A stretch of 64,000 bases of DNA from Candidatus Methanomethylicia archaeon (GTDB taxonomy: Archaea > Thermoproteota > Methanomethylicia > Nezhaarchaeales > B40-G2). The translations under genes were made by a program, and so were the position numbers. The stretch is taken from positions 1-64,000 of the forward strand of contig JAPDJI010000009.1 of assembly GCA_029259155.1 (NCBI GenBank). The letters run 5' to 3'. Shown here piece after piece: positions 28,079 through 37,998 of this stretch (position 1 is its first letter; each line of letters begins with the position of its first letter). The notes under the pieces are model-generated. The model did no database searches, was not told where the DNA came from, and was given only the letters and a program-made list of their open reading frames with translations.

Positions 28079-29240
28079 AGCTTTACCTAAACGCTACCAC
28101 GTCCTTAACCTCGACACCTGCATGAGGTGTACTCTATGCGCTAACATCTGCCCCACCTACATAGCTTCAGGGGACCTCAAAGTAGCTCCAGCCTCCAGAA
28201 TTAAGCTCATCAAGAGCTTTATGGAGGGTAAAGGAGAGAACCTAACGCGTGAGCTATGTACCGAGGCGTTTAGGTGTACTTTATGTGGAAGGTGCATGGA
28301 GTCTTGCCCCTTCTCCATTAGGACCGTCGACCTATGGTACCTGCTACGATACTATACGTGTAAGGCTGGCAAACGCCCTGAAACCTTGGACAGCTTCGAG
28401 GAAAGATTGTTGTCTAATAGAAACCCCTACGGAGCAGACTCGTCTCTAAGGACCTACTGGGCAGAGATGTTGGGCATCAGCGACCCGTCAGGGTTAACGC
28501 CCAGGAAGGCTAAGGTGGTCCTCTTCATGGGTTGCACTCCAGCCTATAGATCAGTGGCTCAGGATACCCTAGGAGCAGCGGTAGCCCTGCTTAATAAGCT
28601 GAAGGAGAGTTGGACCACGCTGGGCAATGATGAGTGGTGCTGCGGCTGCCCGCTGTTAATGCTTGGAAACCGTGAGGCAGCCGCTGAGTTTGCCAGGCAT
28701 AACGTCGAAGCGGTGAAGGCTGTCGATGCTTCAGTGTTAGTGACCATATGTGCCACGTGCTATAAGATGTTCAAGCTCGAGTATGAGGAATTACTTGGTG
28801 GACCCCTACCCTTCAAGGTATTACACCTAACCGAGCTGTTAAGCAAGTACGTGACCGAGCTAAAATTAGAGTTACCCAATAAGCTTGACGCTAGGGTAGC
28901 CTATCACGACCCATGCGATTTAGCTAGAATGTCATGGGTCATAGAGGCACCCCGCATATTGATTAGGGAAGCAGCAAGGGAGCTTGTTGAGTTGCCGGGT
29001 AACAGGCTAGACACGTCCTGTTGCGGAGGAGGAGGGCTTCTTCAAGCTGTAGACAACGAGTTGAGGTTAAAAATAGCCAGGAAAAGAGTTCGTGAGGCTG
29101 TGGAGGCCAAAGCAGACATCTTGGCTTCAGCTTGTCCAGCCTGTAAATCCTCTTTCGTGGAGGCTGTCAGGGAAGAAGGTGTAGATATAGAGGTGATGGA
29201 CGTGGTTGAGCTGGTTGCTAAGGCGGCTGGGCTGTACTGA
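28053..29240 (+). CDS. HdrD-like FeS oxidoreductase (2x[4Fe-4S] + two CCG domains)
   Basis: CMRCTLCANICP, CTLCGRCMESCP, FMGC, CCGCP, CATC, YHDPC, CCGGGG, ACPAC. Confidence 0.9.
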   Translation: MEALALKSEALPKRYHVLNLDTCMRCTLCANICPTYIASGDLKVAPASRIKLIKSFMEGKGENLTRELCTEAFRCTLCGRCMESCPFSIRTVDLWYLLRYYTCKAGKRPETLDSFEERLLSNRNPYGADSSLRTYWAEMLGISDPSGLTPRKAKVVLFMGCTPAYRSVAQDTLGAAVALLNKLKESWTTLGNDEWCCGCPLLMLGNREAAAEFARHNVEAVKAVDASVLVTICATCYKMFKLEYEELLGGPLPFKVLHLTELLSKYVTELKLELPNKLDARVAYHDPCDLARMSWVIEAPRILIREAARELVELPGNRLDTSCCGGGGLLQAVDNELRLKIARKRVREAVEAKADILASACPACKSSFVEAVREEGVDIEVMDVVELVAKAAGLY

Positions 29241-29910
29241 TTGTTACCTGGTAGGCTTCACCAGGCCTCAACACCACTACTTTAACCTCCGGCGCCACTT
29301 TCTCCATTTCTTTAAGGAACTCGTCTGGCTTCTGTACGAGGACGGGGAAGGTAGCATAGTGCATTGGTATCACCACCTTAGGTTTAATTAAACTAGCAGC
29401 CACCGCGGCTTCCCTAGGACCCATGGTGTAGTACCCTCCAATGGGGAGAAGGGCTACGTCAGGCCTATAGAGCTCACCTATAAGCTTCATGTCTCCGAAT
29501 AGCGAGGTGTCGCCAGCGTGGTAGACTGTGACATTGTCAACGCTTACTAGGCAGCCAGCTGGGAATCCACGGCTACATGTATGAAAAGCCTGAACCAGCG
29601 CTACCTTAATCCCGTCGATGTCGACGTAGGAGCCCATGTTTATGGCTACGGTCTCCACGCCCTCTAAGCTGAGGGCTAGCTCAGGTAATGCCACTATTTT
29701 TGCTCCTGTGCGCTTGGCTATGTCCACCGCGTCTCCTAGGTGGTCAAAATGGTCGTGGGTGACGATCACTAGCTTAGCCTCCCTAACCTCCTCTGGCTTA
29801 ATGGGAGCTAGGGGGTTGTTGTTCAGGAAGGGGTCTATCAACACAACTCCTTTTGAAGTATGGAGTTCAAAGGCAGCGTGGCTCAGCCACTTAATCCTCA
29901 AGCCAATCAC
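29218..29910 (-). CDS. UPF0173 metal-dependent hydrolase (MBL fold)
   Basis: IDPFL, THDHFDHLGD, YHAGDT, LPIGG, IPMHY. Confidence 0.92.
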   Translation of the reverse strand: MIGLRIKWLSHAAFELHTSKGVVLIDPFLNNNPLAPIKPEEVREAKLVIVTHDHFDHLGDAVDIAKRTGAKIVALPELALSLEGVETVAINMGSYVDIDGIKVALVQAFHTCSRGFPAGCLVSVDNVTVYHAGDTSLFGDMKLIGELYRPDVALLPIGGYYTMGPREAAVAASLIKPKVVIPMHYATFPVLVQKPDEFLKEMEKVAPEVKVVVLRPGEAYQVTISTAQPP

Positions 29911-29978
29911 CTCGCTAGTACATTCTCAGCCACTTTTTTAAGCATCCTTCAATTTAATTAAAATAAGGTGCTAATTTA

Positions 29979-31907
29979 TTGAGCATTGAGCCTGACGTTG
30001 TAGAGGACCTTAAACGCTTTCTTTGCACTCAGTCCCTCTTCGGTTTTCTAAGCGACGAGGATCTTGAACGTGCTGTACGTAGTTCTTCGCTCAGATACTA
30101 CGCCAAGGGCTTCAAGATAGTGGATAGAGGGTCTCCTAAGGGCCTCTACGTAGTTTACCGCGGAGCGGTGAGGATCGAGGCAGAGGAGGGAGGGATCCAT
30201 GATTTTTTAGAGGAGGGAGACATCTTCGGCATCGACCTATTGCTTAAAGGGGTTCCTTTAACCACGGTTGAGGCTGTTGAGGATACTATCTGCTTAATCA
30301 TAGAAGAGAAAGTTTTCTGGGACCTTTACCGTAAATACCCTTCCTTCGCCAAGATCATGGATCTACTCCTAAAAGGTGAAACTCTATGGGCTTATGAACA
30401 TTCTGTCCCTCTACCCATGATGCAGTATTCCCCCCTCCTATACGAACGGAGGGTAATAGAGGTTATCAAGAAAGAGCCTGTTACGTGCTACCTGGGCACG
30501 ACCGTTAAGGAAGCAGCAAAGTTGATGAGTGAAAACCATGTAAGTTCCATCATAGTGGTTGATGAAAAGGGTAGGCCTTTAGGCATAGTAACCGACGCGG
30601 ATCTAAGGAGAGGGTTAGTTTCTGCTGAACCCATTATAGACAAGCCTGTAGACCTCTTCATGAGCAGGCCTGTGTTTAAGGTGAGCGGAGACGCTTTATG
30701 CTGGGAAGCCTTAGCCTTGATGGCTGAGAAAGGGGTCAAGTACCTTCCGGTCGTAGTTGAGGAGAAGGTAGTCGGCGTAGTAACGCTATGGGACCTCACC
30801 TCAGCCCAGCTTCAAACCCCTGTTATACTCGTTAGGGAGGTTGAAGATGCACAGACGCTGGAGGAACTTAGGGGTGTGATGTGGAGGGTGGTGGATGCTG
30901 TCAAGGCCATGTACAGGGAAGGGATTAATGTAGTTCATGTGGCTAAAATGCTCTCCAGCATTTACGATAGACTTGTGATGAAGGCGCTGCACATCGCGGA
31001 GGATGAACTTTCAAGAGAACTATCGATGTCTCCGCCCGTTAAATACGCTTGGATTGCCTTAGGCAGTGAAGGAAGGCGGGAACAGCTGCTGAAGACCGAT
31101 CAGGACAGCGCCCTCATCTTTGAGGACCCTCCTTCAGGGTCTGAGGAGGAAGTTTCCGAGTACTTTAAACAATTAGCGGTTAGAGCCGCCACTAAGCTAG
31201 CCCAATTAGGTTTTCCTAAGTGTCCTCATGGCTTCACAGCTGATAACCCCTTATGGAACAAGTCTCTGAGAGACTGGACTAGTACGTTCGAGGACTGGGT
31301 ACTCAAGCTTAACGCTAAGCCGGAGAACGTGATGTTCACCTACATGTTCTCGGATGCTCGACTAGTCTATGGCTCACACAAGCTGGTGGAGGAGTTTAAG
31401 AAGAGGCTGATAGCTTTGATTAACAAGGATAAAAGACGTTTGGCTCCCTTAGCCAGGAACGTACTGGTTGAATCCCCTCCCATAGACTTCCTGAAGCGTT
31501 TCGTGATTGAAAGGGATGGCACCAAAGAGCGTAGAGTCGACATAAAGGTGAGGGGCCTCACCATAATCATGACCGCGGTCAAGATTTTAGCTATCGACCG
31601 CGGCATAGATGTCACCAACACTATCGATAGGCTTAGAGCCCTAGCCAACCTTGGAGCAATATCTCAAGACCTAGAGAAGGAGGCTGCCTATGCCTTTAAC
31701 TTTCTCTTAGGGCTAAGATTGAGAGAGCAGCTTAGAGGTTTAGAGATGGATAAAAAACTTTCACTTGAAGAGATTCCTTCGGGGCGCTACGTATCGTTAA
31801 CTGAGCTATCAAAGCATGAGAGAACCTTCCTAAAGGAGGCTTTCAAGGTGGTCAGGAAGCTTCAAGACCTTGTAGCCTATAGGTTCTTGGGATCTCCCTT
31901 CCTATGA
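29979..31907 (+). CDS. cNMP-binding + CBS pair + DUF294 GlnD/GlnE-like nucleotidyltransferase
   Basis: N-terminal LYVVYRGAV..LEEGDIFG (cNMP); CBS GIVTDADL; NTase ALGSEGRREQLLKTDQDSAL; C-terminal DIKVRGL..NTIDRL. Confidence 0.92.
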   Translation: MSIEPDVVEDLKRFLCTQSLFGFLSDEDLERAVRSSSLRYYAKGFKIVDRGSPKGLYVVYRGAVRIEAEEGGIHDFLEEGDIFGIDLLLKGVPLTTVEAVEDTICLIIEEKVFWDLYRKYPSFAKIMDLLLKGETLWAYEHSVPLPMMQYSPLLYERRVIEVIKKEPVTCYLGTTVKEAAKLMSENHVSSIIVVDEKGRPLGIVTDADLRRGLVSAEPIIDKPVDLFMSRPVFKVSGDALCWEALALMAEKGVKYLPVVVEEKVVGVVTLWDLTSAQLQTPVILVREVEDAQTLEELRGVMWRVVDAVKAMYREGINVVHVAKMLSSIYDRLVMKALHIAEDELSRELSMSPPVKYAWIALGSEGRREQLLKTDQDSALIFEDPPSGSEEEVSEYFKQLAVRAATKLAQLGFPKCPHGFTADNPLWNKSLRDWTSTFEDWVLKLNAKPENVMFTYMFSDARLVYGSHKLVEEFKKRLIALINKDKRRLAPLARNVLVESPPIDFLKRFVIERDGTKERRVDIKVRGLTIIMTAVKILAIDRGIDVTNTIDRLRALANLGAISQDLEKEAAYAFNFLLGLRLREQLRGLEMDKKLSLEEIPSGRYVSLTELSKHERTFLKEAFKVVRKLQDLVAYRFLGSPFL

Positions 31908-31917
31908 GGTAGGGAGG

Positions 31918-32631
31918 ATGCCGTTCAGGCTCTTCAAGAAACATGGCGATAATTTAAACCGGCCTTTCGACGAGGTTCGCTTCGTCTCTATAGACCTTGA
32001 GACTTCAGGCCTGGACCCTAAAAGGAACGGGATACTTGCCATAGGTGCGGTGGTGGTGAAGGAGAGGGAAATTAAGCTTTCAGAGGTATTTCACGTACTC
32101 GTGAAGCCTGAAGGTATCTTCGACGAGAAAAGCTCGTTCGTGCATGGGATAACCCCAGCCGATGTTGAGGATAAGCCTAGCTTCAAGGAGGTGGCGCCAA
32201 GCCTCTTATCCTTCATCGATGGGGGCGTGCTCGTAGGCTACAATATCGGCTTCGACCTAAGCTTCCTCAACGAGTTTCTTAAAAGACATGGAATGCCAAC
32301 CTTGAGGGGGGGAGCCTTGGACTTACTTCCCCTCACATACGGAGTTATGATTAAGCTGGGCATGGACCCCGTTGTGTTGAAGATGGACTACCAGGCTTTG
32401 ATGGGTAAAATGGGGCTTGATACCTTAGCCGACATACTATCCATGCCCATCTTGCGTAGGCATAGTTCGATCGGTGACGCCTTTACGGCTGCTTTCATAC
32501 TTCTTAAGCTCCTCTTTCTTGCTAAGTTAGCTGGGTGTAAGAGCTTAGGAGACCTCTTCGAGCTGGTCCGTGAAGGGGAGCGCCACGCTAAAAGGATTGA
32601 TGTGCTTAGCGCAATAGCCTGCGGCTTTTGA
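31918..32631 (+). CDS. DEDDh 3'-5' exonuclease (DnaQ/PolC-epsilon-like)
   Basis: SIDLETSGLD, HGIT, GYNIGFD, RHSSIGDA. Confidence 0.92.
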   Translation: MPFRLFKKHGDNLNRPFDEVRFVSIDLETSGLDPKRNGILAIGAVVVKEREIKLSEVFHVLVKPEGIFDEKSSFVHGITPADVEDKPSFKEVAPSLLSFIDGGVLVGYNIGFDLSFLNEFLKRHGMPTLRGGALDLLPLTYGVMIKLGMDPVVLKMDYQALMGKMGLDTLADILSMPILRRHSSIGDAFTAAFILLKLLFLAKLAGCKSLGDLFELVREGERHAKRIDVLSAIACGF

Positions 32632-34024
32632 CGCTGCTTAACCCTACGAAAAGCACTGTTGACACTATCAGCCCCCAAACCCCTGGCCACTGTCCTAAAG
32701 GCCTCATCCCTAATAAGTGGAGGCAGATAGCTGTTCCAGAGCCTATAACTATGCTTAGACCTGCACTTAGAGAATTACCTCTCTTAATGGTTAAGGCGTC
32801 TATCAACGCTGGAGCTGCACTAACTAGGCAAGCTGAGGAGGCTACTGAGAGCTCAACGATAAGCCCAGGCCTGAACAGTGAGAAGATGAAAGAGGCGCAT
32901 GCCACGATCACGATCGTCGTCTTCCCGACGAGGAGCTCAAGTTCTTCTCGCCTCTTCTTAAAGGTCTTGCCGTAGAGGTCTCGCGCTGTCATGGAGCTTA
33001 ACGTAAGCAGGATGGAGTCCACCGTGGTTATGGCGGCTGAAACAATACCTACGAACACTAGTAAAGCGAGTGGAACTGGAACCAGCGCTAAAAGCGAGGG
33101 CATTGCTTGATCAGGCTTCATCAACCCTGGAACTATGAGCCTGACAGCTAGGCCTATCAATGTAACTATCACGGTATATATTAAGCCGAAGACGGCGTGG
33201 CCAAGCACCATCGATTTAAACTCCGACCTACCTCTAGGCACGAACATTCTTTGCGACACTTGAGGGTTGGTTAAGGCGAAGAAAAACCATGGCAGGGTTA
33301 AGCCAAGAAACTTTTCAAAAGGCCACCCTGACCCTGGCACCCTAAGGAGTTCAGGATGCTCAGAGGCCAGCATCTCCGTAAACCGGGTGAAGTCACCGAA
33401 CCAGACGTAGAAAACGAAGAAGAGAAGGATCAGGGAGGTAACTATCATGATTAACGCTTGGAGAGCATCGGTCCAAGCCACAGACCTTAACCCAGCCCAC
33501 AGCGACCATGCTATAGCCACGGAGGCTGCTATGAGAGCGCCAACCTCGAAAGGCACCTCTCCTCCTGACATGCCTTCCACTAGGTAGCCAACCCCCATCA
33601 TCTGCACCGACATGTAGGGGACCAGCACAGCTAGACAGACCACCGTGAACAATGCTCCTATCAAACTATTTCCGTAAACATCGCTAAGCAACTCCGCTGG
33701 CGTCACGTATCCTCGATTCCTTCCTACCTCCCACATTCTTGGACCAAGTAGAACTAAGATCATCAAGGCCCCTACAAGGTATACAAGCTCGAAACCTACA
33801 GTGCCTACACCGAAAGCGTAAGTGAAGCCTACCAGCCCCACCATCATGAAGGCGCTGTAGGTGGTAGCTGCATAGGTTAATGCTGATATTATCCCTCCAA
33901 GAGCCCTATTAGCTAAGAAATAATCTACGAAGCCATGTCCCATGGACCTTCTAGCGTACTGAGAAAGCAGGCAACCAATAACTATGTAGGCTACCAGAGC
34001 TAAGACTACGTAAAAGCTTTCCAC
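32606..34024 (-). CDS. Sodium:solute symporter (SSS family) #1
   Basis: DYFLANRALG, ATTYSAF, GLRSVAWTDALQ, SAAITTVDS. Confidence 0.93.
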   Translation of the reverse strand: MESFYVVLALVAYIVIGCLLSQYARRSMGHGFVDYFLANRALGGIISALTYAATTYSAFMMVGLVGFTYAFGVGTVGFELVYLVGALMILVLLGPRMWEVGRNRGYVTPAELLSDVYGNSLIGALFTVVCLAVLVPYMSVQMMGVGYLVEGMSGGEVPFEVGALIAASVAIAWSLWAGLRSVAWTDALQALIMIVTSLILLFFVFYVWFGDFTRFTEMLASEHPELLRVPGSGWPFEKFLGLTLPWFFFALTNPQVSQRMFVPRGRSEFKSMVLGHAVFGLIYTVIVTLIGLAVRLIVPGLMKPDQAMPSLLALVPVPLALLVFVGIVSAAITTVDSILLTLSSMTARDLYGKTFKKRREELELLVGKTTIVIVACASFIFSLFRPGLIVELSVASSACLVSAAPALIDALTIKRGNSLSAGLSIVIGSGTAICLHLLGMRPLGQWPGVWGLIVSTVLFVGLSSVKSRRLLR

Positions 34025-34025
34025 A

Positions 34026-34202
34026 TCAGTCCACCCCTTTCAGGTAGAGGGCTGCCGTAGCTATGTAGAGAACCGTGAGCAAAACCCAGAACAGGTATGA
34101 CGCTTCCAGCCTGCTCAGGCCTCCAAGGAATAGGTAAGGAACGGTGAACATTAACAGCACTACGATGATTGACCATGTAAGGAAGACCCTCTCCCTATTC
34201 AT
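34026..34202 (-). CDS. Small two-TM symporter accessory protein (58 aa, not in ORF track)
   Basis: MNRERVFLTWSIIVVLLMFTVPYLFLGGLSRLEASYLFWVLLTVLYIATAALYL...; GGTGA ribosome site; stop abuts the SSS #1 start. Confidence 0.82.
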   Translation of the reverse strand: MNRERVFLTWSIIVVLLMFTVPYLFLGGLSRLEASYLFWVLLTVLYIATAALYLKGVD

Positions 34203-34269
34203 TCAGTTCACCTAGAACAGTTATATGTTCGAAGAAATAGGATTTATATAATTTTTCTGCTTTTCTTTT

Positions 34270-35361
34270 TTGAGAGACTTGCAGGATAGGACAGCTAAAG
34301 ATGTGATTTTACATCTGCTTTCAGAAGCAGGTGAAGATGGGATCGTCCAAGCAGACCTAGCTAGGTCCTCTGGTTTTTCACGGTCTACGGTCTCCTTCAC
34401 TCTCAGCATCCTCGAAAGATCTGGATTGGTAAGGAGGATGAAGGTGGATGGTGACGTAAGAGTATGGCTCACACGCTATGCTCCTAGGATTAGAACCAAG
34501 AGAGTTAGACTAGGCTTAATAAGAGCTTTGGAGTACCCCTTCGTAATACCTTTACGCTCAGCCTTACGAGATAGAGGATTTACCCTTGACCTTAAAGTGT
34601 ATGACTCAGGCTTAGACGTAATGAAGGATCTCCTAAGAGGAAAGCTGGAAGCAGCTTTAGCCCCCTTCATAATGCAGCTTATCTTCCACGCCTTATCAGG
34701 AGGGGCTACGAGGCTGTTGATGACGGCAGCTAAGGGAGGAGCGAGCTTAATAGCATCCATGAACGTCAAGGCACCCAACGAGCTAAAGGACAACAAAGTA
34801 GCTTCTACAGCCCTCTCATCTATGGAAGCGTACGTTATGGCAGCTCTTAGGCAACATGGAATAGAAGAACACGAAATTAACATAAACTACAAGTCTTCAG
34901 CAAAAGACCTTTGCAACGCCCTATTGGAGAAGGAGGTCGAAGCCGTTAGCTTATGGGAGCCCTACGCGACTTTCATGGAGCTCCAAGGACATTGCAGGAT
35001 AGCAGACTACCTAGAACTGCTTGAAGAACCGCTATGCTGCGTGTTATCGATAGGTCCTAGCTTTAGAGGCACAGAAAATTTGCTTAAAGAAGCCTATAGT
35101 AAGGCCTACACAGAGTTTAGGTCTATGATGCATCATTATGTTGAGGCCTATCTTTCTATCATGGCCTTCCCCGCACAGCCTTCCAAGAAAGCGCTGTGCA
35201 GGTTCATCTTCGACGACCATTTTTCGTTTAGCGAAGCCTATAGGACCTTGTCGAAACTAGGCTTGCGCCATTTAACTCCTTCCCTTAAGTCAGCCCTCTC
35301 CCACAGTGAAGACAAGGCTTCATGGAGCCATTTTGGCCATAGGGGAGGCGTAGCTGAATGA
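34270..35361 (+). CDS. Transcription regulator: winged HTH fused to a NitT/TauT-type (PBP2) ligand-binding domain
   Basis: GIVQADLARSSGFSRSTVSFTLSILERSGLV; then RLGLIRALEY, VASTALSSME, LWEPY, CCVL. Confidence 0.8.
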   Translation: MRDLQDRTAKDVILHLLSEAGEDGIVQADLARSSGFSRSTVSFTLSILERSGLVRRMKVDGDVRVWLTRYAPRIRTKRVRLGLIRALEYPFVIPLRSALRDRGFTLDLKVYDSGLDVMKDLLRGKLEAALAPFIMQLIFHALSGGATRLLMTAAKGGASLIASMNVKAPNELKDNKVASTALSSMEAYVMAALRQHGIEEHEININYKSSAKDLCNALLEKEVEAVSLWEPYATFMELQGHCRIADYLELLEEPLCCVLSIGPSFRGTENLLKEAYSKAYTEFRSMMHHYVEAYLSIMAFPAQPSKKALCRFIFDDHFSFSEAYRTLSKLGLRHLTPSLKSALSHSEDKASWSHFGHRGGVAE

Positions 35362-35538
35362 GGATTTAACGATATTTAACATACTCATTAAAAAAACCTG
35401 AGAACCTCCAACACTAGATGCAAACTATATACTTTTACATTAATTACCATTTAGAACTAATGATTATAGAGCTCTACTGTAGCTTAAAGCTTATAAATAC
35501 ACTTATGCAAACGTATATAACAGCACGAGTCATGAAAG

Positions 35539-35736
35539 GTGGAGAGAATGAGTAGCGCACAGAAAGGCTCTGGATGGATAGGCCCCTTAATACTAGCCGT
35601 CATCTTCATAATCTTGCTGTGGCCAGTAGCCTACTTCGGCTCAGACTGGACAGTATACTGGGGGCATTGGCTCTTAAGCGTGTTATTCGCTTTAACAATA
35701 ACGTACTTAAGGACAAAGTTTTTCTGGGAGGAGTAG
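35539..35736 (+). CDS. Small two-TM symporter accessory protein
   Basis: Two hydrophobic helices; stop 3 nt before SSS #2. Confidence 0.8.
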   Translation: MERMSSAQKGSGWIGPLILAVIFIILLWPVAYFGSDWTVYWGHWLLSVLFALTITYLRTKFFWEE

Positions 35737-35739
35737 AGC

Positions 35740-37320
35740 ATGGACTTCCTCCTTCTTAGCCAAGAAGCCCCACCAGTACCCAGGCCTACTCCTGAGAGCT
35801 TCACAGCCGCAGTAGTAGGTATAGCAATCTTCTTGATAATAAGCACGGGCATAGGCTTCTACATGATGCGGAAGGCTAGAACCTACGAAGAGTGGCTAGT
35901 AGGGCATAGAGACATAGGTCCTGTCGTGACGGGCTTCGCCTTAGTAGCAACATGGCTTAGCGGCTGGGCTATCTTCGGCAACGCTGGACTAAGCTATACT
36001 TTTGGTTGGTCAGGGGGCTGGCTAATAGGGATGATGAACATCATGGGCATTGCCATATGCGCGGTCCTAGGTTATAGGATGAGAAGGTACGCAGAGCTAG
36101 GCGCGAGGACAGTACCAGAGGTCTTAAGAGTTAGGTTCGATTCACGGGTTGCGCAATCCCTAGCAGCCATCGCGATGATCATACTTTTAATAGTTTATGC
36201 CGTCGGCCAATTTAAGGCTATGGCTACAGTGTGGATGGCGACAACTGGATCCCCCTGGCTTTGGAGCGTATTAGCCGCAGCTATTCTCGTCTTCGTTTAC
36301 ATGGCGGTGGGGGGATACGCGGGCACCCAGTACGCTTTGTTCTTCCAAGGAGTAGTGCTTACTATAGTGTCGTGGAGCATCGGAATAGCCGCGCTGGCTT
36401 GGGCTGGGCCAGCTAACATCGTATCGAGAATGGCGACAGATACTTTCGTCGCCCCTGGAGGTAGAGTTACACCTATCCCCCTCGGCCATTACACGCTACC
36501 GATCTCACCTAAGTACCCTGGCCATGACTGGATAGGTGCAAGCGCCGTAATATTCATGTTCCTATTCATGGCCACCGGCTTCCCCCACAACATATCGAGG
36601 TTCATCGGCGTAAGGAAAGTTGAGAGGAGGGAGTTTTGGATCTTAATGCTGTGCGTAATCATAGGGTCCACCTCTCCTCTATGGGTAGGAGTACAGGGCT
36701 TTGCAGCTAGAGCTTTCTGGGGTGGAGCTTTGATGAGTAGCGAGTTCGCTCCGATGTTCGGTGATGCAGCCGCCATCGAGATTGCCTTGGCGATGGGTCC
36801 AGGCGTAGCTGGCCTCTTAGCTGCAGGCGTCTTCGCTGCGGCTGTCTCTACGCTAGCTGGTATGGTCATGATTATGGCCGCTAACGTTACTAGGGACTTA
36901 ATATACATATATAAGCCTGATATTTCGCCTAGGACAATGCTCTGGGCTACGAGGATCCTCCTCATACCATTCATATTCCTACCATTCTACTGGACCGTAA
37001 CCGCGCCTCCCCCGGTCCTAGCAGAGTTCATGGCTGGTGCAGCTGTTGGTCAGGCTGGTATCTTCTTCACGATAGTCGCCATATCAATGTACTGGAAGAG
37101 AGCGACTAAGTGGGGCGCCATAGCGGCTACTATTTACGGCATCATCCTAGTGCTACTACATCCAAAGGCTTTGGGCTCTATGGTCGGCCTCGGTCATTGG
37201 GGTATTTGGGCCATGTTAACGATCTTCGGATGTATGCTAGTCTACTTCGTCTTCAGCCTAGCCACAAAGCCACTACCTCCAGAGAAGCTAGAGCGTTTAT
37301 TTGCACCTAAAACCACCTAA
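35740..37320 (+). CDS. Sodium:solute symporter #2 (PutP/PanF-like)
   Basis: ATWLSGW, TVPEVLRVRF, GFPHNISRF, AAAVST, YWKRATKWGA. Confidence 0.93.
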   Translation: MDFLLLSQEAPPVPRPTPESFTAAVVGIAIFLIISTGIGFYMMRKARTYEEWLVGHRDIGPVVTGFALVATWLSGWAIFGNAGLSYTFGWSGGWLIGMMNIMGIAICAVLGYRMRRYAELGARTVPEVLRVRFDSRVAQSLAAIAMIILLIVYAVGQFKAMATVWMATTGSPWLWSVLAAAILVFVYMAVGGYAGTQYALFFQGVVLTIVSWSIGIAALAWAGPANIVSRMATDTFVAPGGRVTPIPLGHYTLPISPKYPGHDWIGASAVIFMFLFMATGFPHNISRFIGVRKVERREFWILMLCVIIGSTSPLWVGVQGFAARAFWGGALMSSEFAPMFGDAAAIEIALAMGPGVAGLLAAGVFAAAVSTLAGMVMIMAANVTRDLIYIYKPDISPRTMLWATRILLIPFIFLPFYWTVTAPPPVLAEFMAGAAVGQAGIFFTIVAISMYWKRATKWGAIAATIYGIILVLLHPKALGSMVGLGHWGIWAMLTIFGCMLVYFVFSLATKPLPPEKLERLFAPKTT

Positions 37321-37330
37321 ATCACCATAC

Positions 37331-37792
37331 TTATTTTTCGTCGTCATTTAACGTAGGTATTCTCAGTATGTATGTATTGATCAGCGCTATAGCCTCCCTT
37401 CCATCCTCAGCCCTAGGTGGTTTAATGTTCTTTAACCAAAGCTGTATGGTGTACCCTCTAAAGGAACATGCAAAAATATCGTTTAACCTTAACGTGAACG
37501 TCTTGTTTTGGCATAAACCTGCTTGTTCCATATATACGTAACCCGATACTAAGCTTTCTTCAACGTTTATATTGGTTACTTTCACTATAAAGCTAAAGTT
37601 ACCGAAGGAGCCATTTATCCCTGGAGGCACTCTAACGCCTAAACCGTACCATAAATCCGCGTCCATTATAATAGGAGTCTTTACCGGTTGTTGAATGTTA
37701 GAGACTGCGACATAGAGTGAAATGTTAGAGGTCACTATTGAGACGATCGCTAAAATCAAGGAGGCCTTAATCATCAAGTTGCTCAAGTGCAC
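37331..37792 (-). CDS. Hypothetical protein with N-terminal signal/TM segment
   Basis: 153-aa ORF, hydrophobic N-terminus, AT-richer than its neighbours; no recognised domain. Confidence 0.55.
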   Translation of the reverse strand: MHLSNLMIKASLILAIVSIVTSNISLYVAVSNIQQPVKTPIIMDADLWYGLGVRVPPGINGSFGNFSFIVKVTNINVEESLVSGYVYMEQAGLCQNKTFTLRLNDIFACSFRGYTIQLWLKNIKPPRAEDGREAIALINTYILRIPTLNDDEK

Positions 37793-37998
37793 CGCCGTAA
37801 AGGTGTATCTTTCAGATGTCTATTTAAATGCTGGTTGCTCATGGTTAGGCACATTTAAACTGAGCTTAAACCACCTCTTCAACTCTAGACCTTTGTAATA
37901 GAAATGAATGAGGTAATATTATACCATGTTAAGACGTCTTCTTCTAAAAAACTTTAAAAACCTTGCCTAATTGAAAAGAATTTACTAGGGAGGTTTAA

